Origin: Haliotis rufescens
Lineage: Eukaryota
DNA: 64,000 bases
Assembly (NCBI RefSeq): GCF_023055435.1
Contig: NW_025964013.1
Coordinates: forward strand, 3,286,001-3,350,000
Reading direction: 5' to 3'
Part shown: piece by piece, positions 54,394-64,000 of the stretch
How the letters are laid out: each line of letters begins with the position of its first letter
How positions within the stretch are numbered: the first letter of the stretch is position 1
Translations under genes and position numbers: made by a program
The notes under the pieces: generated by a model
The model's database searches: none
Seen by the model: only the letters and a program-made list of their open reading frames with translations
What the model was told of the DNA's origin: nothing

Positions 54394-57300
54394 ATGTTGG
54401 CAGTACAACGTGTCCGGCTGTGTAACTATATAGTATCGATCGTTCTGGTGACGGCAGTATGTGTGGCGTCACCGGTCCTGCCTCTGAGACACATTACCAC
54501 ATCCCCCTCAACAACCACAGCACCGATCTCTACAGAACATTCCACACTCATGGCTAACGACAATACGACAATGGTAAGCATTTAACGGTTCAATTCTTTT
54601 AAAAGTGCAATTTGCATATAACAATGGGTTATAGATACAGTCAACCATAAATAGTAGTGAGTGAGTGAGTTGGGTTTAACGCCGCTTTTAACAGTATTCC
54701 AGTTATATCGCGGCGTGTCAGCTTAATGTGGGAGGAAAGCCCGAAGTGATGCAGGTCTCAGACGTTTACCACTTCGGTGAAACCCACGAGCATGCGTATG
54801 GGACAAACCTAGAAACATAATCGGGGCGAACCGTGATTCGAACCCACAATCATAGGTTTCTGGCGTGCCCAAGGGACGCAACTCTGCACAGCGAATCGCG
54901 GCGCCTCGCCTTAGACGACTGGACCACCCGTCATTATTTGCGTCCAACACAGGTTGAATGATTGATTGGATGGTTGGTTGATGGAGAGATTTTTAACGCC
55001 GCTCTCAGCAATATTTCAGCCATATGACGGCGGTCTGTAAAGAATCGAGTCTGGACCAGACAATCCAGTGACTGACGTCATGTTGAGCATCGATCCACGT
55101 TATTGGGATATGATGACATGCATCAACCAAGTCTGCGAGTCTGACCATCCGATCCCGTTAGTCGCCTCCTACGCCAAATATAGTCGCCTTCTACGTCAAG
55201 CATTGGTGGATGAAGACCTATTCTTCACCGGATCAGAGAGGTGATCTTGATTGATTTAACAAAACTCATTTTCTTGCAGGGTGATACATCCTGTTCTGAA
55301 GGAGGCAGCTGCTCTCTAAATAAAGCAGGTATGTGCAGACCTGTGACACTGTACGTGGTTCAGTCTATACCCGGTACATGATGCACGAAGTGTACTCAAG
55401 CTGCACGTACATGTGAACTGTACGTGAACTGTACATCCGTGACTTAAAAGTTGTATTCTAGGTAGACCCGATCGATACATGTGCACTTGATACAGGTGGC
55501 GATATAACCCAACAATTGTATCCTGAACGGTACTGCCAATACATGATATTAGATAGTTTACTGGATCTTACGTGTACGAAGGTTGAATTGTATCTAAAGT
55601 ATAATCCCGGTAATGAGACCAGAGGCATGCGCAGGTTTGATGTGAACTGCCGTGAACGCGCGGTTATATAATACATGTGCCAACTGTATCTGTATCTGTG
55701 GCCTGACGTGTATAAACAGGAAATGTGGTCTGACGTCTTTCAGCAGGAAATGTGGTCTGATGTGTACAGCAGTAAATGTGGACAGTGTGTACAAGCAGTA
55801 GTTTCAGTAAATGTGGCCTGACTTGTACATGCAGTAAATGTGGCCTGACGTGTACAAGCAGTAAATGCGGCCTGACGTGTACAAACAGTAAATGTGGCCT
55901 GACGTGTACAAGCAGTAAATGTGGCCTGACGTGCACAAACAGTAAATGTGGCCTAACGTGCACAAACAGTCAATGTGGCCTGACGAGCACAAGCAGTAAA
56001 TGTGGCCTGACGAGCACAAGCAGTAAATGTGGCCTGACGTGTACAAGCAGTAAATGTGGCCTGACGTGTACAAGCAGTAAATGTGACCTGACGAGCACAA
56101 ATAGTAAATGTGGCCTGACGAGCACAAATAGTAAATGTGGCCTGACGAGCACAAATAGTAAATGGGGCCTGACGTGCACAAGCAGTAAATGTGACCTGAC
56201 GTGTACAAGCAGTAAATAATGCCTTACGTGCACAAGCAGTAAATGTGGCCTGACGAGCACAAATAGTAAATGTGGCCTGACGAGCACAAATAGTAAATGT
56301 GGCCTGACGAGCACAAATAGTAAATGTGGCCTGACGAGCACAAATAGTAAATGTGGCCTGACGAGCACAAGCAGTAAATGTGGCCTGACGAGCACAAATA
56401 GTAAATGTGACCTGACGTGTACAAGCAGTAAATAATGCCTTACGTGCACAAGCAGTAAATGTGGCCTGACGTGTACAAATAGTAAATGTGGCCTGACGTG
56501 TACAAATAGTAAATGTGGCCTGACGTGTACAAATAGTAAATGTGGCCTGACGTGTACAAATAGTAAATGTGGCCTGACGTGTACAAATAGTAAATGTGGC
56601 CTGACGTGTACAAGCAGTAAATGTGGCCTGACGTGTACAAGCAGTAAATGTGGCCTGACGTGTACAAGCAGTAAATGTGACCTGACGTGTACAAGCAGTA
56701 AATGTGGCCTGACGTGCACAAGCAGTAAATGTGGCCTGACGTGTACAAGCAGTAAATGTGGCCTGACGTGTACAAGCAGTAAATGTGACCTGACGTGTAC
56801 AAGCAGTAAATGTGGCCTGACGTGTACAAGCAGTAAATGTGGCCTGACGTGCACAAGCAGTAAATGTGACCTGACGTGCACAAATAGTAAATGTGGCCTG
56901 ACGAGCACAAATAGTAAATGTGACCTGACGAGCACAAATAGTAAATGTGGCCTGACGTGCACAAATAGTAAATGTGGCCTGACGAGCACAAGCAGTAAAT
57001 GTGGCCTGACGAGCACAAATAGTAAATGTGGCCTGACGTGCACAAATAGTAAATGTGGCCTGACGAGCACAAATAGTAAATGTGGCCTGACGAGCACAAA
57101 TAGTAAATGTGGCCTGACGAGCACAAATAGTAAATGTGACCTGACGTGTACAAGCAGTAAATAATGCCTTACGTGCACAAGCAGTAAATGTGGCCTGACG
57201 TGCACAAATAGTAAATGTGGCCTGACGAGCACAAATAGTAAATGTGGCCTGACGAGCACAAATAGTAAATGTGACCTGACGTGTACAAGCAGTAAATAAT

Positions 57301-59105
57301 GCCTTACGTGCACAAGCAGTAAATGTGGCCTGACGAGCACAAATAGTAAATGTGGCCTGACGAGCACAAATAGTAAATGTGGCCTGACGAGCACAAATAG
57401 TAAATATGGCCTGACGAGCACAAATAGTAAATGTGGCCTGACGAGCACAAATAGTAAATGTGGCCTGACGAGCACAAATAGTAAATGTGACCTGACGTGT
57501 ACAAGCAGTAAATAATGCCTTACGTGCACAAGCAGTAAATGTGGCCTGACGAGCACAAATAGTAAATGTGGCCTGACGAGCACAAATAGTAAATGTGGCC
57601 TGACGAGCACAAATAGTAAATGTGGCCTGACGAGCACAAATAGTAAATGTGGCCTGACGAGCACAAATAGTAAATGTGGCCTGACGAGCACAAATAGTAA
57701 ATGTGGCCTGACGAGCACAAATAGTAAATGTGGCCTGACGAGCACAAATAGTAAATGTGACCTGACGTGTACAAGCAGTAAATAATGCCTCACGTGCACA
57801 AGCAGTAAATGTGGCCTGACGAGCACAAATAGTAAATGTGGCCTGACGTGTACAAGCAGTAAATGTGGCCTGACGTGTACAAGCAGTAAATGTGGCCTGA
57901 CGTGTACAAGCAGTAAATGTGGCCTGACGTGTACAAGCAGTAAATGTGGCCTGACGTGCACAAGCAGTAAATGTGGCCTGACGTGTACAAGCAGTAAATG
58001 TGGCCTGACGTGTACAAGCAGTAAATGTGGCCTGACGTGTACAAGCAGTAAATGTGGCCTGACGTGCACAAGCAGTAAATGTGGCCTGACGTGTACAAGC
58101 AGTAAATGTGGCCTGACGTGTTCAAGCAGTAAATGTGGCCTGACGTGTACAAGCAGTAAATGTGGCCTGACGTGTACAAGCAGTAAATGTGGCCTGACGT
58201 GCACAAGCAGTAAATGTGGCCTGACGTGCACAAGCAGTAAATGTGACCTGACGTGTACAAGCAGTAAATGTGGCCTGACGTGTACAAGCAGTAAATGTGG
58301 CCTGACGTGCACAAGCAGTAAATGTGGCCTGACGTGTACAAGCAGTAAATGTGGCCTGACGTGTACAAGCAGTAAATGTGGCCTGACGTGTACAAGCAGT
58401 AAATGTGACCTGACGTGTACAAGCAGTAAATGTGGCCTGACGTGCACAAACAGTAAATGTGGCCTGACGTGCACAAGCAGTAAATGTGGCCTGACGTGTA
58501 CAAGCAGTAAATGTGGCCTGACGTGTACAAGCAGTAAATGTGGCCTGACGTGTACAAGCAGTAAATGTGACCTGACGTGTACAAGCAGTAAATGTGGCCT
58601 GACGTGTACAAGCAGTAAATGTGGCCTGACGTGCACAAGCAGTAAATGTGACCTGACGTGTACAAGCAGTAAATGTGGCCTGACGTGCACAAGCAGTAAA
58701 TGTGGCCTGACGTGCACAAGCAGTAAATGTGACCTGACGTGCACAAACAGTAAATGTGGCCTGACGTGCACAAGCAGTAAATGTGGCCTGACGTGTACAA
58801 GCAGTAAATGTGGCCTGACGTGTACAAGCAGTAAATGTGGCCTGACGAGCACAACCATCTTTTTTGCACAGGCACTCCTTTCGGGATATTTAACCGTTGA
58901 ACTTTACATTTCTGAAAGTAGTTTGACAAGTAGCTTGTATCATAATTCCTTTCCAGATCTGGCCAAAACAGTAGTGCTGAGGTTGACAATCGTTGCTGCC
59001 TGTATACTTGTCTTCGTGGGTCTTGTGAAACTCTCAGTCGTTATGAATAGATGCTGCAGTTGTGACTTCAAGCGAAAACACACGGTGACCTTCACCCGGA
59101 TATGA
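54394..59105 (+). CDS. Type I single-pass membrane protein 5 (125 aa): signal peptide, Thr/Ser-rich stalk, TM, CCSC, C-terminal VTFTRI
   Basis: join(54394..54573,55280..55328,58957..59105), intron phases 0 and 1, GT-AG, GCCATG start. Protein MLAVQRVRLCNYIVSIVLVTAVCVASPVLPLRHITTSPSTTTAPISTEHSTLMANDNTTM-GDTSCSEGGSCSLNKA-DLAKTVVLRLTIVAACILVFVGLVKLSVVMNRCCSCDFKRKHTVTFTRI*. AATAAA at ~59633. Confidence 0.8.
54657..54930 (-). mobile_element. SINE family D, full length
   Basis: Homologous to 14612-14842. Adjacent to a family B copy at ~54990-55233. Confidence 0.88.
55700..58853. repeat. 27-bp minisatellite in intron 2 of protein 5
   Basis: About 115 copies of GTAAATGTGGCCTGACGTGTACAAGCA with variant blocks. 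Confidence 0.97.
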
Positions 59106-60639
59106 CCCGAGTAAACCGAGGTCACACCATCATACAGAGAAGCGGACCAAATCAGGGACTGATGATATATGCCGTATGTGCGTTGCAAATGGGTGCACAC
59201 ACTTCTCCTATATAATGTTTTAGTTGGTGCAAAAATGTTGTTGTAATATTAAATTATTAATAATCGAGTAAACGAGCAATTTATTGATGTGAATGTGTTA
59301 TATGTGTGCCAAGATATGTTCAAAGACACATGTGTACTGCTAGAATCTGAAATATGTAATTTATACATATGTTGCTGTCTTTGCCAGAGAGTAAGTGTCC
59401 TGATGGAACTGAGACTGTTGATTTATTATACAACACTTATAGAGCGAACATGGTTCAATCTCGGTGACCTTGTTTAGTCACCGGACCAGGTTAGTGTGGA
59501 GATTACGATGTGCACGTGACATAACACTGTCACACGTCACCACCTTAACATGGTCATCAGAAGGTTTTAATGTGATAATGACTTAAACCTATGGATGTTT
59601 GAATGTGTATATCTGTTGAATTTCTGAAGTGCAATAAACGATTGTTAATTAAGGTTGAAGTCCTTGTTTGTTTGAAGGTAATATAGGAGACAGTGTAATA
59701 TTTGTAGACTCAGTAAATGCAATGGCTGCATGTAATACGACGAGAAAAGCTGCAACCTCCTCTCTGTTGAGTGAGTTTGGTTCAGCGCCACGTTGAACGG
59801 TATTTCATGGTCTCCTCGCTTACGCCCCAAATCTAACAAAGTTCAGAACCAGCTGCCCGGATGTGATCCAGCACACAGGAACAGTCATCAGGACGAATCT
59901 CAGAGTCGCACCCACGGGTATCGCAAACACGTCTAAGGGACGCAACTCTTTGCAACGATAGTTACTGCACTTCATACTGTCGTTATTAATTCTGTCATTA
60001 AATTATTATACAGAAACACAATACTTTGCAGTGACTTCTGAAACAGATTAATTCTCTTCTATTCATGAGGGATTGTTCGAAACCTGTTCGATCTAAATAT
60101 AGAAACAGCCTCCGTATATTATGTCGCGGTCGCCGGAAAATAGCTCTCAGTCTCTAGACATTAGGTCGCTGCTTTCAGATATAAACGTCCTGGACACTAT
60201 TCCACAACGCCATTTAGCGCTGAGACGACCGTAACTCCCATACTGTAGCTTTCCATTACGACAGTCGTAGCGCTAAGGTCGTTTTAGGGAACGGGTCCTG
60301 GCGTCTAAGTATCAATAACGAGTTCAGCATACATGAGAACAGATGGCAGTAAAAGTTGCCTGTGGCACAAGTTTCATTCCCACTGCTGAGCGAAGTGAAC
60401 AAGAGTTATTTCCCTTAGATTGTAAATACTTCCCATTTGACAGCCTCTGCGTTTGTGTGTGTCACCGGGTCGTTGAACCAAGCTCGTGTGGGTTCTGATG
60501 ACCGTCCGCTGTCCGGTGATCGGCACAGCTCGGTCTTTATATTCAGTAGCTTATTGTTAGAAAATTTAGATGCCCTTCATTATTCTATAGCAGTTGAATC
60601 TCATACTTTTATCATGTTTTCATTTTGAGGTGTGTTTGT

Positions 60640-61125
60640 GTCTGTTTGTGCTAGTCCGGACTGATGCCAATTTTATAGTGAGATACCGTGCCGCAATTTA
60701 ACATGAATATCCCAATCAGACACAGTATACTGACTCCGAACCGACCAGTCCTTGTTTTATCCCTGTAATGCCGAGCGCCAGACAGGGTAACAACAAGTAT
60801 TATCTTTTAACGTCTTTTGGTATGACGCGGCCGGGGATCGAACCCCGGACCTTCCGCTCTCCGGGCGAAACCATTGCCCCAGGACATAGTGATGGACAAT
60901 GCGTGTTTTAAAACATAACTTGATACGTTGATGCTGAGCTTTAAAGATCACGTTCAGGATTATTTAACTTATATCGCGACATGCATGAAGACCCCACTCA
61001 GACCGGTATACTGACTCCGAGCCGACCAGTCCATGTTTAAGCCCCTTAATGCCGAGCGCCAGACAGGGTAACAACAAGCACCATTTTTTATCGTCTCTAC
61101 GGGCGGACGCTCTACCACTAGACCA
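60640..61125 (-). mobile_element. Two partial copies of SINE family C
   Basis: ~60640-60866 and ~60985-61125 are homologous to 9533-9860. Another 3' piece lies at ~63895-64000. Confidence 0.8.
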
Positions 61126-61989
61126 TGAAGGTGGTCCTGTGTTTTAATGTTGGGAGGAAATACTTAATGGTTAAGGATTGTGACATTGTGCTCACGGGTT
61201 TAGAGACTTTGACCATCCATTAATATATTGGAACCTTGCATCAATATTTGGAGGACACGACTTAATGTATTTAGTATCTTGAGGAAGCGATCAAATACAA
61301 AATAGCGGTGAAAATAATATGATTGAATTACATAAATCAGTGATGACACCAGGTCTTTCCGAAAGGCTACGCCATCATAACTACAAGTTTCCTTATACAA
61401 GTTAAACGACTGATTGTAGTATTATTTGCCTTGTCGTATTTTCAGTAACATTTTGACATCTGACAGGTTCATGCACATTGTTCTACGAGGAAGAAGAAAG
61501 AATATCTCGATATATTCGCATTTTTTTCATCCTGCAACCGAAACTACATTACTGAAACTGAAATGTTTTTTGAAAAGCATCCGCCATGTGTGTAACGCAG
61601 CTACACTTCAAACGGTGTCAAACCCAGTCATTCACACATGGTGCAATGGCATCACCAGGTATCATTGCAAATATGATTCTCATAGGTGTGCATTTGATTC
61701 TTCATAACCACATCAAAACAGGTAAGACATTTACACATTTGTACATGGCACCTATTTCTGACGGGAGATATCCGAATGTTATGTTAAATCTCAAATATTG
61801 TACAAGTTTTCCATGTTTGATATAATATAACATACATAGAGGTTATCACGCGAGTGTGTTTGGGGATGGTAAATATCCTGCATTAGGAATAAACACCATG
61901 TATTTAGCGAGCCTTACAAACATTACCGAAACATTGCGAGTTTTCCTGGAATGCGCGCATTAATATTTATTACGTCATAGGGTAAGTTA

Positions 61990-63408
61990 TCTGTCAGTCG
62001 GACAGTGACAGTAGCCAATATAGTTCCAACTGAAATCTGTTTCTTATCCAGTGGCGAAGCAACAATTGTATTTTAATTGCCTTTCGCGGCAATCCATCGG
62101 TCTGTCCGCTAGAGTAACTGCCCTTTGTCAAAGGGAAGCTACTCTAACCCTAGTCTATGAGACGTCACGGCCACGGTCAGACGTTGTTGACAGTCGGTCT
62201 GTCCTGTCATAACGTTAAGAAGTGTAGGCAGATGTACACACAGCGACAAAACGAAACAAGGTAACAAATCAAATATATTTCGGCCAAATCAAACTATTTT
62301 AATTTGTGGAGAAGATTTCAAGCCGCTGAGGTCTACAAGCACAGATATGGCTACTGATCCCGTTTTGGGTAGGCCTCGTGCCCTCGCAAAATTGTTTCGA
62401 AATTTATATCTCCAAAGTTGCCAAAACTTTTAAAATGCCTTAGCTACGTAACAGTTAGACACTGATTTTCAGTATATTAGACTGTTCTTTTGATAATGGT
62501 AGAAATTATCTCTGTAGTTTATCCAGATTCCCGATGGTTAATTCTGACTCGATCGCCGAATGACGAGGGCGACGCCATGTTTGTTTACAAACAGTGAAAG
62601 TAGTCCCAACTTAAACTTTGATATTTGCATCTCTATCCGCATATGACCCCAACGTATATCGTTTTTATCTGTTGGCTTTATCCTGCCGAGAAACCTAACC
62701 ATTACAATCACATCATACATGTATGTATATGATAAAAGTACTTATCTTATAATGGGCAGGTCTCTCGGTCAGATATTACCAACAGTATCAGAATAAACAA
62801 AAAAATAATACAAATCCACTTAAGTACTCCTATCTGTGTTACCAACAACCGTGGCGGCGCACATGTATACCTCGGCGATACAGTCAGACTATACCATCAC
62901 ATTACTAGGATAATTGTAATCATTATCAAAATAAGAGTCTAAGATACTAACAGGGACGTAACTTGTTCATTTTACAAGTTTGGGTAACACTGGAGGTATA
63001 CTAGTACTTTGCGTAACAATTTAGCGAGATCACTAGCGGGCTTAGTTTCTGTATCCGTGTTTGTGACCGTGTGGCTATTTATCCAATTTAAAACAGTTTG
63101 ATCTGGCCGTAATATGTGCGAATAGTTACCTTGTTTCATTTTGTCGCTGTGTGTCCATTAACCTGCACTGCGTCACGTAATGACAAGCGAGGCAGACTTG
63201 ACGAACGTCTCATAGACTAGAGTAGCTTCCCTTAAGCTTTGATAAAGGGCAATTGCGCTAGCGGGCGGACCGATTGATTGCCGCAAAAGGCAAGTGGAAA
63301 TGATATGTGTTGGAAATGTTTGTTTTGCCTACATGTAGTTACTTCACTGCCTAAAAAAAAGGTTTCACTTGGAACTATATCACCAGTCAACACTGTCCGC
63401 TGACTAAT
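61990..63408. mobile_element. Old element or pair of elements with ~300-bp inverted repeats
   Basis: ~61990-62305 is the diverged reverse complement of ~63083-63408 (e.g. CTAGTCTATGAGACGT / ACGTCTCATAGACTAG). Confidence 0.7.
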
Positions 63409-63420
63409 CACTGAGCTTAT

Positions 63421-63583
63421 GAGTGAGTGAGTACGGTTTTACGCCGCTTTTAGCAATATTCCAGCAATATCACGGCGGGGGACACCAGAAATGGGCTTCA
63501 CACATTGTACCCATGCGGGAATCGAACCCGTGTCTTCGGCGTGACGAGCGAACGCTTTCACCACCAGGCTACCCGACCGCCCC
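63421..63583 (-). mobile_element. SINE family A, full length
   Basis: TSD CACTGAGCTTATGA on both sides. Confidence 0.92.
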
Positions 63584-64000
63584 CACTGAGCTTATGACGC
63601 GTTATATATTAATGCGCACATTCCTGGAAAACTTAGGCATCATTTGTGAGAGATGAGAATGAAACTACAGTAGTTACGAATGGCATCATATGACAGAGAT
63701 GTTATCACGAGAGTGTGTTTTGAGAAGGCACATTTCCAACATTAGGAATAAACATTTTATTCCATACAAAGTCTCTATTTCTTCCAGGATGTGTCATCTT
63801 CATTGCGTCGATGGCGTTAACCTGTGTCATGGTTGTGATTATTGCAGTGCTATTTTTTATCAAGGGGTAAGTTAACCATGTAACTCGGGTGATGGTGATG
63901 ATGAAACGGGATTAAACGTCGCGTCCAAGATTATTGCACTTATATAGCGACGTACATGCACGTGTGTGTGTTTTTGTGGCTGCTTGTACTTGTCCGGACT

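Noticed and set aside
1-58853. CRISPR array interpretation of the tandem repeats
   Set aside because: Units are contiguous with no unique spacers, there are no cas genes, and the context is eukaryotic.
55970-58858. 962-aa ORF (HVRPHLLLV)n
   Set aside because: Translation of the 27-bp intronic array; no splice or start context.

Overview
Repeat-rich eukaryotic animal genomic DNA. The SINE repertoire looks molluscan, probably a gastropod such as abalone (inference). The long ORFs in the supplied track are mostly artefacts of tandem repeats. The real genes are spliced, with small exons, and I assembled them by hand from GT-AG sites and consistent intron phases. (1) A five-coding-exon TNF-superfamily ligand on the minus strand (~234 aa, type II membrane protein, 19719-22731). 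(2) A flanking cluster of five small single-pass membrane protein genes (63, 50, 52, 126 and 125 aa). All five have juxtamembrane cysteines and a C-terminal Y/F-x-x-hydrophobic motif. Three match the ITIM consensus (VQYERV, VSYKTV, SQYGPL) and one has an ITIM-like motif with F in place of Y (VTFTRI). The rest of the window holds six large minisatellites plus the array at the window start, at least four SINE families, Tc1/mariner remnants, several MITEs (one nested), a Penelope-like inverted repeat with a degenerate hammerhead core, LINE fragments and two assembly gaps. The best candidate for a novel system is the TNF ligand embedded in a cluster of ITIM-type transmembrane microproteins.
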